DNA of 64,000 nt from an uncultured delta proteobacterium. GTDB lineage: Bacteria > Myxococcota_A > UBA9160 > SZUA-336. A model generated the notes under the pieces. That model was given only the letters and a program-made list of their open reading frames with translations, ran no database searches and was not told the origin of the DNA. The position numbers were made by a program, and so were the translations under genes. The stretch is taken from assembly GCA_963704165.1 (NCBI GenBank), contig CAVPHD010000001.1, positions 576,001 through 640,000 of the forward strand, read 5' to 3'. Shown in pieces: positions 33,811-46,451 of this stretch. Numbering within the stretch: position 1 is the first letter of the stretch; every line of letters starts with the position of its first letter.

Positions 33811-34950
33811 CTAGTCGGCCTCGGGGTCCGCGGTCCTCCGCTCGCCAGGCTCGCCGTACTCGGCGTGGAAGCCGGCCTTCCAGGCGACGAAGCTCCCCGC
33901 GACGATCGCTTCGCGCATCTCCGTCATCAGCCTCTGATAGAAACGCACGTTGTGGATCGCGCCGAGAATCGCGGCGAGGATCTCGTTCGCTGCGTACAGG
34001 TGGTTCAGGTACGCGCGCGTGAAGGTCGCGCACGCGTAGCAGTCGCAGCTCGTGTCGATCGGATACATGTCGCGGCGATAGCGGCGGTGGTTCATGCGGA
34101 TCCGACCGCGGCGCGTGAAGAGCGTCGCCGATCGCGCGTACCGCGTCGGGATCACGCAGTCGAACATGTCGATTCCGCGCTCGACCGACGCGACGAGATC
34201 CTCCGGCAGTCCCACGCCCATCAGGTAGCGCGGCTTCGATTCCGGAAGCAGGGGCGCCGTGACCGAGACGATGCGCTTGAGCTCTTCGATACCCTCGCCG
34301 ACCGAGACGCCGCCGATCGCGTAGCCGGGCATGTCGAAGCGAACGATCGCGCGCGCGCAGTCGCTGCGAAGCTCCGGGTACACCGATCCCTGTACGATCG
34401 GAAAGAGCGCCTGGGACGACGAGCCGTGCGCGGAGATGCAGCGCTCGAGCCAGGCGAGCGAGTGATCGACTCCGCGGCGCGCGAGCTCGCGAGTCGCCGG
34501 ATAGGGCGTGCACTCGTCGAACGCCATGATGATGTCGGCGCCGAGCGCGTGCTGGATCTCGATCGAGCGCTCGGGAGTGAGCATCACCGCCCCGCCGTCG
34601 ATCTCGTTCCGGAAGCGCACGCCCTCGGGCGTGATCTCCTTGTGCTTCAAGCTGAAGACCTGAAAGCCGCCCGAGTCGGTCAGGATCGGTCCGTCCCAGG
34701 CCATGAACGCGTGGAGTCCCCCGGCCTTCTTCACGAGATCGGGTCCGGGACGGAGCAGCAGGTGGTAGGTGTTCGCGAGCACGATTCGCGCGCCGGTGGC
34801 CTTGACCTGCTCGGGCGTCATCGCGCGCACGGCAGCGTGCGTGCCGACGGGCATGAATACGGGCGTCGCCACCTCGCCGTGGTCGGTGAAGAGCCGGCCG
34901 GCGCGGGCCGCGCACGCGCGGTCCGTCGCCTCGAGCGCGAACCGGATCAC
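33811..34950 (-). CDS. tgt: tRNA-guanine(34) transglycosylase
   Basis: TPVFMPVGT, LANTYHL, TDSGGFQVFSL, PRYLMGVG, DMFDCV, CDCYAC Zn site. Confidence 0.97.
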   Translation of the reverse strand: MIRFALEATDRACAARAGRLFTDHGEVATPVFMPVGTHAAVRAMTPEQVKATGARIVLANTYHLLLRPGPDLVKKAGGLHAFMAWDGPILTDSGGFQVFSLKHKEITPEGVRFRNEIDGGAVMLTPERSIEIQHALGADIIMAFDECTPYPATRELARRGVDHSLAWLERCISAHGSSSQALFPIVQGSVYPELRSDCARAIVRFDMPGYAIGGVSVGEGIEELKRIVSVTAPLLPESKPRYLMGVGLPEDLVASVERGIDMFDCVIPTRYARSATLFTRRGRIRMNHRRYRRDMYPIDTSCDCYACATFTRAYLNHLYAANEILAAILGAIHNVRFYQRLMTEMREAIVAGSFVAWKAGFHAEYGEPGERRTADPEAD

Positions 34951-36017
34951 GACTCGCGGACGAAGAGCTTCGACCGCCCGATCAGTCGTTCGGGCAGGAT
35001 CCGGATCGCGCGCTCGGGATCCGCGACCGCGCGGCCGAGCCGCCACGCTTCGACGCCCGTTCCGTGGAGCGCTGCAAGCGTACGCTCGACGTCGGACTCG
35101 GGCACGACCACGGTCAAGCCGATGCCGAGGTTGAAGACGCTGGCCATCTCGGCCGCATCGAGCTCACCGAGCTTGCGGATCATCGCGAAGATCGGCTGCG
35201 GCGGCGGCAGGAAGTCGATCTCGAAGCCGACCGGTGCTTCGATCCGCCGCACGTTGAGGAAGCCGTCACCGGTGATGTGGGCGAGCGCGTGCGGCCGAAC
35301 GCCCGCCTTCGCGAGCGCCTCGACCTGGGCGACATAGATCCGTGTCGGGCGCAGCAGCTCGTCCGCGAGCGTGCCGCCGAGCTCCTCGACGTACTCCTCG
35401 AAGCCGAGCTTGCGTTGCAGGACCGAGCGCGCCAGCGTGAGACCGTTCGAGTGCACACCGTTCGAAGCCACGCCGATCAGCGCATCGCCAGGCTGCACCT
35501 TCGAGCCGTCGATCAGTCCGCCGTCGGGCACGAGACCGATCGCCATGCCCACCAGGTCCAGTCCGCTGCCTTCGCGCGCGCCGCGCAACATGGCGGGGAT
35601 CAGCGCGGTCTCTCCGCCGACGATCGAGATGCCCGCCTGGCGCGCACCCTCGCAGAGACCCTTGCCGATCTGGCCGAAGACCTCGGGATCACAGCGCTCG
35701 ACCGCGATGTAGTCGAGCATCGCGATGGGCTTTGCGCCGACGCAGATCAGGTCGTTGACGTTCATGGCGACACAGTCGATCCCGATCGTGTCGTAACGGC
35801 CTACGGCCTGTGCGACCAGCAGCTTCGTGCCCACGCCGTCGGTCGTCAGCGCCACGTGCAACGGTCCGAGCCGGATGACCGCCGCGAAGTGCCCGATGCC
35901 GATTTCGCTGGCGGCGCCGAACGCCTGCGTCGGCGAGATTTCCAGGATCAACCGCGCCAGCGCGCGATCCGCTTCGCTCGTGTCCACGCCGCTGCGCGCG
36001 TACTCGCTCTGGCTCAT
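34947..36017 (-). CDS. purM: Phosphoribosylformylglycinamidine cyclo-ligase
   Basis: YARSGVD, TDGVGTK, DCVAMNVND, GGETA, SNGVHSNG, HITGDG, FNLGIG. Confidence 0.96.
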   Translation of the reverse strand: MSQSEYARSGVDTSEADRALARLILEISPTQAFGAASEIGIGHFAAVIRLGPLHVALTTDGVGTKLLVAQAVGRYDTIGIDCVAMNVNDLICVGAKPIAMLDYIAVERCDPEVFGQIGKGLCEGARQAGISIVGGETALIPAMLRGAREGSGLDLVGMAIGLVPDGGLIDGSKVQPGDALIGVASNGVHSNGLTLARSVLQRKLGFEEYVEELGGTLADELLRPTRIYVAQVEALAKAGVRPHALAHITGDGFLNVRRIEAPVGFEIDFLPPPQPIFAMIRKLGELDAAEMASVFNLGIGLTVVVPESDVERTLAALHGTGVEAWRLGRAVADPERAIRILPERLIGRSKLFVRES

Positions 36018-36042
36018 TCGCGCCCCGCGCTGTGGCAAGAGG

Positions 36043-36168
36043 TCAGGTGTTGGTGGACTCGCCGCGGCTGCGCCGTAGCCGGACGCGCCGAGTCTTGGCC
36101 TTCAACTTCGCCCGGTGACGCACGCTCTTCTTGCGGTTCCGGTGCCCGAGCTTGGTCGATTTCTTCAT
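36043..36168 (-). CDS. Small highly basic protein (41 aa)
   Basis: MKKSTKLGHRNRKKSVRHRAKLKAKTRRVRLRRSRGESTNT fills the purM-dehydrogenase gap; TAAGCT -10-like box 10 nt upstream; AAG-rich. Confidence 0.6.
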   Translation of the reverse strand: MKKSTKLGHRNRKKSVRHRAKLKAKTRRVRLRRSRGESTNT

Positions 36169-36262
36169 GGCGTCGCGCAGCTTACCCGCCCCGGCGCATC
36201 CCTGCCAGCAGCCCGCGCTAGGATCCGGTCGTGCCGGCGCCGAGCGAAGCTGGAGGCGAAAG

Positions 36263-37156
36263 TTGAACGCGCGCGTGCGCGTGCGCCCGGGAGTCCCCGA
36301 GGCGTCCCATCGCATCCTCGCCGAGGCTGGCCTCGCCTTCGATGTCGGCCCGCTCGACTGCTCCGGCGCCGAAGCGCTGCTCTGCCTGCTGACCGACCGG
36401 ATCGACGCCGGCTTCCTCGCCAGCCACCCCGGGCTGCGCATCGTCGCGAACATGGCGGTGGGCACGGACAACGTCGATCTGGCCGAAGCCGCACGTCTCG
36501 GCATCGCCATCTCGAACACGCCCGACGTGCTGACCGACGCGACCGCCGACCTCGCGTTCGCTCTCCTGCTCGCCGCCGCGCGCCGCCTCGCCTGGGCCGA
36601 CCGCTACGTGCGCGCGGGCGGCTTCGTCGGCTGGAATCCCGAGCTCGGAATCGGTCTCGACGTGACCGGGCGAACGCTGGGAATCGTCGGCGCGGGCCGG
36701 ATCGGCCGCGCGGTCGCGGAACGCGCGCGGGGCTTCAAGATGGAGGTGCTGCTCCACTCGCGGAGCACCGGGCTGCCGCTCGCGGAGCTGCTCCCGCGCA
36801 GCGACTTCATCTCGCTTCACGTCCCGCTGGGCGCCGAGACCCGCCACCTGATCGGCGCACCGGAATTCGCGCGCATGAAGCCGACCGCCGTCTTGGTGAA
36901 CACCGCGCGCGGGCCGATCGTCGACGAGACCGCGCTGGTCCGCGCGCTCCGCGAGGGACGGATCGCCGCGGCTGGCCTCGACGTCTTCGAGAACGAGCCG
37001 AAGCTCGCCCCCGGCCTGTGCGATCTGCCCCAGGTCGTGCTCGCGCCGCATGTCGGCAGCGCCACGATCGCGACGCGCACGCGAATGGCCGAGGTCGCCG
37101 CACGAAACATCGTCGCCGCGCTGCGCGGAGAGAGGATTCCGAACCGGGTCGCGTAG
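36263..37156 (+). CDS. D-glycerate/glyoxylate reductase (D-2-hydroxyacid dehydrogenase)
   Basis: GGAGG RBS; NTPDVLTDATAD, GAGRIG, NTARGPIVDE, GLDVFENEP, PHVGSAT. Confidence 0.93.
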   Translation: MNARVRVRPGVPEASHRILAEAGLAFDVGPLDCSGAEALLCLLTDRIDAGFLASHPGLRIVANMAVGTDNVDLAEAARLGIAISNTPDVLTDATADLAFALLLAAARRLAWADRYVRAGGFVGWNPELGIGLDVTGRTLGIVGAGRIGRAVAERARGFKMEVLLHSRSTGLPLAELLPRSDFISLHVPLGAETRHLIGAPEFARMKPTAVLVNTARGPIVDETALVRALREGRIAAAGLDVFENEPKLAPGLCDLPQVVLAPHVGSATIATRTRMAEVAARNIVAALRGERIPNRVA

Positions 37157-39547
<2,391 letters not shown>

Positions 39548-39572
39548 GGCGTCAACGACGGAGGAGATCCCG

Positions 39573-39980
39573 ATGGACGTTCAGGGCGGGTGCTATTGCG
39601 GAGCGGTCCGATACCGCGCGACCGGCGACGCGCTGATGCGAGCGCAGTGTCACTGCCGCGAGTGCCAGTACATCAGCGGTGGAAGCCCCAACGTGTTCAT
39701 GGCCGTGCCCGAGTCGGGATTCAGCTACACCAAGGCGCAACCCAAGGTCTTCCGCCGCAAGGATCTGCCGAATCCGGTCACGCGCGAGTTCTGCGCGGAG
39801 TGCGGCACGCACATCCTGGCGCGTGCGCCGGGCTTGAAGGGAGCGGCCATCCTGAAGGTCGGAACCCTCGACGATCCGAGCGCCTTCGGCAGCCCGCAGG
39901 TCGCGATCTTCACCATCGACAAGCAGATCTTCCACCAGATTCCCGCCGGCGTGGCCGCGTTCGAGCGCGTCCCCGGCTGA
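39573..39980 (+). CDS. GFA (glutathione-dependent formaldehyde-activating) family protein
   Basis: GGCYCGAVRY, CHCRECQ, FCAECGT; GGAGG RBS. Confidence 0.92.
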   Translation: MDVQGGCYCGAVRYRATGDALMRAQCHCRECQYISGGSPNVFMAVPESGFSYTKAQPKVFRRKDLPNPVTREFCAECGTHILARAPGLKGAAILKVGTLDDPSAFGSPQVAIFTIDKQIFHQIPAGVAAFERVPG

Positions 39981-39997
39981 GGCGGGATCCGGCATCG

Positions 39998-40681
39998 ATG
40001 GAAGCTCCCACCCCCGGACCCATGGGCATGCTGCGCGAGGGGCTCGGCTTGCTCGAGCTGCCGCTCCTCGCGTTGCGATTCCCGGAGCTCGCGCGCATGC
40101 CCCGAGGGTCCGGCCAGCCCGTGATGGTCCTGCCCGGCTTCGGGGCGGGTGACACGTCGACCCTCGTGCTTCGGGCCTACCTCGGCTTCCTCGGCTACCG
40201 CGTTCGGGGCTGGAGCCTGGGCGTGAACACGGGCGAGGTGCGCGCTCTGCTGCCGCGCATACTGACGACGGTGGCGGACATGGCCGAGGCTGCGGGCGCG
40301 CCGGTTCGATTGATCGGCTGGAGCCTCGGCGGTGTGCTCGCACGCGAGGTCGCGCGTGAGCGGCCCGACCTGGTCGGGCGTGTGCTGACGCTGGGTTCGC
40401 CGGTGATCGGCGGGCCGAAGTACACGGCAGCCGGCCGCACGTTCCGGAAGCGGGGCGTGGACCTCGACGCGCTCGAAGCCGAGGTCGAGAGCCGCGAAGC
40501 TACGCCGATTCGTGTACCCATCACGGCGATCTGGTCGCGCGCGGACGGCATCGTCGCCTGGCAGGCGTGCGTCGATCGGCGCAGTCCGGACGTCGAGAAC
40601 GTCGAGGTTCGCGCGACGCATCTCGGGCTCGGGTTCGCCGCCGACGTGTACCGCGTGATCGCGGAGCGGCTCGCGAGATGA
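39998..40681 (+). CDS. Alpha/beta hydrolase (esterase/lipase-like)
   Basis: VMVLPGFGAGD, GWSLGG, TLGSP, DGIV, THLGL. Confidence 0.88.
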   Translation: MEAPTPGPMGMLREGLGLLELPLLALRFPELARMPRGSGQPVMVLPGFGAGDTSTLVLRAYLGFLGYRVRGWSLGVNTGEVRALLPRILTTVADMAEAAGAPVRLIGWSLGGVLAREVARERPDLVGRVLTLGSPVIGGPKYTAAGRTFRKRGVDLDALEAEVESREATPIRVPITAIWSRADGIVAWQACVDRRSPDVENVEVRATHLGLGFAADVYRVIAERLAR

Positions 40682-41310
40682 AGTTGTACGTCTTCCCGGT
40701 CGCGCCGAACCCGACGCGCGTGCGCTTGTACCTGGCCGAGAAGCGCGAGGCCGGCACGGAGCTGCCGGTCGAGGAAGAGCGCGTGAATCTGCCCAGGTCG
40801 GAGCAGCGCATGCCCGAGCACCTGGCGCGCAACCCGCTCGGGCGCGTACCCGTGCTCGAGCTCGACGATGGCTCCCATCTGACCGAGTCCCTCGCGATCA
40901 TCGAGTATCTCGAGGAGCGCTACCCCGAGCCGCCATTGATCGGACGCGATCCCCTCGAGCGCGCACGGGTGAGGGAGCTCGAACGCATCGTCGAGATCGG
41001 CGTCCTGCTTCCCGTCGCGCGCATCGTCCACGCCACGAAGTCGCCGCTCCGTCTGCCACCGTCGCCCGAAGTCGCTGCACACTTCCGGGGTCTCTTGCCG
41101 GAGGCGCTCGAGCTTCTGGATGCGAAGCTCGCTGACGATCGCGCGTTCGTCGCCGGCTCGCGGCCGAGCATCGCCGATTGCACGCTCGCGGCCGCATTTC
41201 AGTTCGCGCGTTTCGGTGGCGTCGAGATCGACGCGCGCTTCTCGAACATCGCGCGCTGGGATCACTCCTACCGCGAGCGGACGCCCGCGAAGACGGTCCT
41301 CGTCGTCTAG
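40678..41310 (+). CDS. Glutathione S-transferase family protein
   Basis: APNPTRVR, NPLGRVPVL, LTESLAIIEYLEE, SIAD. Confidence 0.92.
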   Translation: MKLYVFPVAPNPTRVRLYLAEKREAGTELPVEEERVNLPRSEQRMPEHLARNPLGRVPVLELDDGSHLTESLAIIEYLEERYPEPPLIGRDPLERARVRELERIVEIGVLLPVARIVHATKSPLRLPPSPEVAAHFRGLLPEALELLDAKLADDRAFVAGSRPSIADCTLAAAFQFARFGGVEIDARFSNIARWDHSYRERTPAKTVLVV

Positions 41311-44300
41311 TAGTCGTACGTCCAGATCAGGTCGACGTGCGAGTCGCCTCGGCTCGACGCGCCGCTCTCGATCGTCCAACGTGGTGCGAAGTTCCAGTCG
41401 ACCCGTACGTCGCTGTCGCCGTTGCCGCCGATGTCCTGGCCGTAGTGCACGTAGATGTCCTCGGTCAGATACCGCCCGACGCCGATCGTCGGCGTGCTGG
41501 TCGATTCCGAGGTCTTCACGTCGAGCGAATCGACCGGAAGTGGAATCGCGAGGCGTTCGGTGAGTTCTGCCAGCGCTGCGCCGCCGGCGGTCTCGGTGAG
41601 AACCGATTGCAGTGCGCTGGCCTGAGCGGAGTCGAGCTCCTGGCGCGTGCGTCCGAACAAGAGAAGCGCCAGCACATCGTGCTCCGGATAGGGCGGATCG
41701 CTCTCGAGGCGAAGGGTCGGCGCCGAAGCGCGGCCGCCGATCAGCGCGAAGATCGAGATCTGTCGCACGCGGTAGCGCGCGCGCAGATCGAGGTCGGGAT
41801 CGAGATCGGCGCGGCCCGAGAAATCGGCGGCACCGTGCTCGACGATGAAGGTCTTGCCGCGCAGCCGGTAGCTGCCCGAGAGCGTCTCGATCCGGCCAAG
41901 GACGCCAATCGACCGGCCCGGGAACTTGCGCGCGCGCAGTCGGCCACCGACGACGGCGTCCGCGCCGTCGCCCGTCACGCGACCGCCGGGTGGAACGTCG
42001 ACGCGAAGATCGAGCGACGCCTGCTCGTAGAAACGCGGGATCTCGGATGTTTCGGTCTCGGCCCGCCGCGCCGGTGGGACACCGCGCCGTACCGAGATTT
42101 CACCGAGCAGGGGATGGGTCTCGCGTGCGAGCGAGTAGTGAAGATCGCGCAGGGTCAGATCACCGTTCGCGACGAGCGAATCGAACGGCCCGACGAGCGT
42201 GACCGAGCCGTCGAGGTTGCCGCGCAACGACGTTCCGCGCCGCACGGGATATGCGTGTGCGTCGATGCGAAGATCGACGCCGAGGGGAAGCAGATCCGCG
42301 AGCAGAACCTCGCCGGTCAGGGTGGCATGACCGCCGCCCTCGCTTTCGATCCGAAGCTCCTCGACGTGGACCGCATCGCGTGAGAATCGGAGCTTCGCGT
42401 CGAGTGGACCGACGCGCTGCCCGAGCGTTGGAAGATCGATCAAGGCGCGCGTGACTCGGAGCTCGCCCTCGAGTCTCGAATCGGGACGGCCACCCTGCGC
42501 CTCGATGCGAACCTGCGCCCTGCCCTCGACCGGGCGAAGCGCCTCCGGGAAGAACGAGGCGATCTGCGCGAGATCGAGATCCTCCCCCGACACGGACGCA
42601 AACATCTTCGGAGACTCGAGTATTTCGAGAAGATCGATCCCCGGAATCCATGGCGCGCGCAGAGTTCCGACCAGGAGATCCCGGCCACCGCTCGAGAGGC
42701 GCGCGTCGGCGCGCAGACTCCCCGCGCCGGTCTCGAACGAGATCGCGAGCGGCGAGGCCGAGATCTTCTCGAGCTCGGGCCCGGTCCAGACCGCGTCACC
42801 GCGGAGCTCCGGCCGGGGCAGCGCGCCTTTCGAGACGAACGTGCCCGTCAACAGACCACCGACCGGAAGCGGGGCGTCGAGCCGCGCGGAGAGGCGCTCG
42901 AGATCGAGCGCGTCGATCTCGACGCGCAGCTCGTGAGTGCCGCTCGCGTCGAGCTGTCCCGAGAGCAGCAGCGAGCGGACCTCCGGCAGGATCAGGCCCG
43001 CACGCTCGAGCACGATCCGATCGGCTTCCCGGTGCGCCTCGATCGGACCGTCGTTCTCGAGCTTCACGAATTGCCCGTCGACGACGAACGGATCGAGCCG
43101 GAAGCGATCGCGACCCGCGCTCGTGATGCGCGTACGGAACGCACCGATCTGCCGGTCGGCGAGGCGGAGGTCGCGCACGTCGATCTCGACCGATCCGGTC
43201 GGATCTCGAAACGCCCCTTCGAGCTTTCCGGAAACTCTCGCGCTTCCGCCGACGTCATGGCCCGCAATCGAGGCGAGCGCGTGCAGATCGGTGACATCGA
43301 GCTCGAGATCGAAGGCCGTCATCCGCTCCAGGTCGCCCGATCCGCTGGCCCGCAGTGCCGCCGAATCCGATTCGAACGTCACCGCGAAGAGCTCCCAGCT
43401 GCCGTCGGCGAAGCGGCCACGGAGCTCACCGGTCTCGATGCGAAGCGCCCCGATCCGCGACGGCGCGAGGCGGATCGTCGCTTCGCCGCGACTTCGGAGC
43501 AGCGGTTCCCCGGAACGATGCGATGCCTCGAGTTCGAGCGTGCCGCAAAACGCTCCTTCGAGCCCGGGGCGCGCGAGCAGGACGCCGAGGTCCAGCTCCT
43601 CTGCGAATCCCGAGACCCGAAACGACGCCGGCATCGACGGGTCGAGCCAGCCGGCGAGATCGGTCGAACCTTCCACCCGGGCGCGGCCGAACTCGCTGTC
43701 GAGGCTCGAAGGCACGAGCTCGAGGTGCGAGCCCGCGAGGCGCAGCTCGACTTCCGCCCGGTGAAGCGCGCGACCTGCCACGACGCCCGGCTCGAGCTGG
43801 AGCGAGATCTCGGCTCTCTCCGGCCAGCCCGGCGGACCCGATCGCGGAAACTCGACACGCGACAGTGTTGCCGCGATCGACCCTGCGAGCCGCGTGGCGG
43901 CCTCGGATCCCGGCGCGTCGAACTCGACCCGCGAATCCGAGAGCGACACGTCGCGAAGCTCCACCGCGATCGCTCTCTCGGCTGCGGCCTCGGTGGGGCT
44001 CGGCCAGGTCTCCCACGGCCAGCCGCGCTCGGGATCTCGGGACGCCGAGAGCGTCGCACCCTCGATCCCGAGGCTCTCGACGATGACGAGCCGCCTTTGA
44101 AGCAGCTCACCGAGATCGAGCCGCACCCGCACGGCGCGGACACGGATCGGGGCCGCGCCGTCGAGTTCGAGCGCGAGATCGCGAAGCGTCGCGTCCGGAT
44201 AGAGTGGCCCATCGAGCGCGCCGAGACGGATCCGCGCGGGAAGGCCCGCATCCGCGAGCGCGCTCGACAGCGTCGTCTCGAGCAGCGCGCGCACCCGCTC

Positions 44301-44417
44301 CCGCTGCCAGCCGTGCGAGACCGCCCCGACGACGAGTGCGAGCGCAAGCGTCACCACCACGAGCACGGCGAACACGGCCGCGCTCGTCCACACCAGAGTG
44401 CGTAGAGTGCGGCGCAT
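41307..44417 (-). CDS. tamB: Translocation/assembly module TamB-like protein
   Basis: N-terminal TM, long beta-rich body, C-terminal DUF490-like end (LALLLFG, VGRYLTEDIYV, WTYDY); adjacent to an Omp85 gene. Confidence 0.8.
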   Translation of the reverse strand: MRRTLRTLVWTSAAVFAVLVVVTLALALVVGAVSHGWQRERVRALLETTLSSALADAGLPARIRLGALDGPLYPDATLRDLALELDGAAPIRVRAVRVRLDLGELLQRRLVIVESLGIEGATLSASRDPERGWPWETWPSPTEAAAERAIAVELRDVSLSDSRVEFDAPGSEAATRLAGSIAATLSRVEFPRSGPPGWPERAEISLQLEPGVVAGRALHRAEVELRLAGSHLELVPSSLDSEFGRARVEGSTDLAGWLDPSMPASFRVSGFAEELDLGVLLARPGLEGAFCGTLELEASHRSGEPLLRSRGEATIRLAPSRIGALRIETGELRGRFADGSWELFAVTFESDSAALRASGSGDLERMTAFDLELDVTDLHALASIAGHDVGGSARVSGKLEGAFRDPTGSVEIDVRDLRLADRQIGAFRTRITSAGRDRFRLDPFVVDGQFVKLENDGPIEAHREADRIVLERAGLILPEVRSLLLSGQLDASGTHELRVEIDALDLERLSARLDAPLPVGGLLTGTFVSKGALPRPELRGDAVWTGPELEKISASPLAISFETGAGSLRADARLSSGGRDLLVGTLRAPWIPGIDLLEILESPKMFASVSGEDLDLAQIASFFPEALRPVEGRAQVRIEAQGGRPDSRLEGELRVTRALIDLPTLGQRVGPLDAKLRFSRDAVHVEELRIESEGGGHATLTGEVLLADLLPLGVDLRIDAHAYPVRRGTSLRGNLDGSVTLVGPFDSLVANGDLTLRDLHYSLARETHPLLGEISVRRGVPPARRAETETSEIPRFYEQASLDLRVDVPPGGRVTGDGADAVVGGRLRARKFPGRSIGVLGRIETLSGSYRLRGKTFIVEHGAADFSGRADLDPDLDLRARYRVRQISIFALIGGRASAPTLRLESDPPYPEHDVLALLLFGRTRQELDSAQASALQSVLTETAGGAALAELTERLAIPLPVDSLDVKTSESTSTPTIGVGRYLTEDIYVHYGQDIGGNGDSDVRVDWNFAPRWTIESGASSRGDSHVDLIWTYDY

Positions 44418-46289
44418 CAGAACGCCTGCCCGATCGACAGCCAGACGCGCACGCTCGTGGTGCCCTTCGGGGGATTCAGCGGGAACCCGAGGTCCAATCG
44501 AATCGGGCCGAGCGGCGTGGAATAGCGCAGACCCGGTCCGGCCGCGTACAAGAGCTCATCCGGCCGCCAGTCCCACGGATCGATCGAGATCTGGCCGGCG
44601 TCCGCGAAGAGCACTGCGCCGATCGAGCTCGCGATCGGGAAGCGTGCTTCGACCGAGGCGAGCATCAGGCTCGCACCACCGAGGGGGTTGTCTTCGTCGT
44701 CGGTGGGCCCGAGGCGCTGGTATCCGTACCCGCGCATCGTTCCACTGCCACCGGCGAAGAACAGCTTGGTGACGGGGAGATCCTCGACGCGGCTGTTGCC
44801 GATCGGATAGATCGTGCCGAGGAAGACGCGGCCGCCGAGCACCACACCTGCGACCGGATGAAAGGCCCGCGCGTCGGCGGTCCACTTCACGTAGGTGACG
44901 TCCGAGCGGAGGATGCTCGCCGCCGGTTCGAGCGAGAGCTCGAGCCACGTGCCGCGGGTCGGATCGAGGAGATCGTCGGTCGTGACGCGCCGGACGCGGA
45001 GGTCGAGGTAGCTGAGCAGGAACCGGCTCTCGGGATCGTCGAGCTCCTCTTCGGCGGCGCCCGGTACTTCGTTGACCTTCGTCCACTCCACGTTGTAGGC
45101 CGCCCGCCCGCTCCAGCCACGTCGCAGCTTTCGTTCGAGCGCGATGCTCGGGCGAAGCTCGACCGCGTCGAAGGCCGGTGTCGTCTGGTTGCGGAGCCGA
45201 ACACCGAGCTCGAGCGCGGTCGTGCGGTCGAGAACACGGGGCTCACGCAGGACGGCGTCGAACTCGGACGAGAGCGCGGAGTAGCGTCCCTTGATCTCGA
45301 AGCGGTCGGCGCGACCGAAGGCGTTGCGATGGATCCAGCCCGCCTGTACGCGGACCCTGTCTTCGGTTCCGTAGCCGACTCCGAATCGAACGCTGCGCGG
45401 TTGACGCTCCTCGACGCGCACCTCGATCGCGCGATTCGGCAGCGGCTCGGGATCTCGCGCGGCGATCTCCTCCGCGGTCTCGATCGCCGGTGCGACCACG
45501 ACCGAACGAAAGAGCCCGAGCTCGGATATGCGTTCTCGCATTTCGAGCAGGCGCGACTGCGAGTAGAGTCCGCCCTCGCGAATCGAGATCTCCTGACGGA
45601 CGAGATCCTCGTCCACGCGCTCGAGTCCCTCGATCCGAACCGAGCCGAAGCGCACGCGTTCGCCGGGGAGCAGCTTCCAGCGCACGGACGCCCGGTGCGT
45701 CTCGAGGTCCACGTCGCCCCCGCCCGAGATCACCGCGTCCGGGTAGCCGGAGTTGGCGAGCCGCTCGAGCAGGAGTCGCTTCGCCTCGGCGTAGTTCGCG
45801 AGCGCGAAGACATCCCCGTCGCGTAGCGGAAGCCCTTCGAGCAGTTTCGGGCCGAGTCGCCCCTTGCCGCATCGGGACCTCGGACCGGTCGATCTGCCAG
45901 CTCGCGAGCACGACCGGTTCGCCTTCCTCCACCGCGATCCTCGCGATCGCCGCGTCGCGCTCGGCGCTCCAGTCCAGCGTGAAGCTCGCGCGTGCCTCGT
46001 AATAGCCGCGCTCGCGGTGGATCTCGACGACCCGTCGCATGTCGCCCGCGAGCGCCTCCTCGTCGAGAGCGGGTCGTTGCTGCCAGAAGCGCCAGGCGGG
46101 TCGAGCCCGCGTCTGAAGAATCGGCTCGAGCTCCGCGCTCGAGAGCGCGCCGAGCCCGCTCCACTCCATCCCGGCCAGCACCGGTGCCGATTCCTCCGCG
46201 CTCGAAAGCGGGGCCACGAAGGCGATCGTCAGCGCTACGAGAAGCGCGCGTCTCCAGCGCGACGCAAGATGCGGACCCAGAACCATCAC
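44417..46289 (-). CDS. tamA: Omp85/TamA outer-membrane protein, one frameshift near 45860
   Basis: Signal peptide and POTRA in ORF 45243-46289; POTRA and barrel in ORF 44417-45733 (FFAGGSGTMRGY, TPLGPIRLD, SIGQAF). Confidence 0.82.
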
Positions 46290-46451
46290 GCCGGGACTTT
46301 GCAGAACTCGTTCGGAAAACGGTCGAGGCCGCGCGTCACGCGTTTCACCCGCTGTCCGGTTCTGAGATGTCGGTCGGGTGTCCCCACACCATCTGAGACG
46401 TGTGGCGAAGCGGGGCGTTCAGTCCAGCTCTGATATCGCCGAACCGACGGC

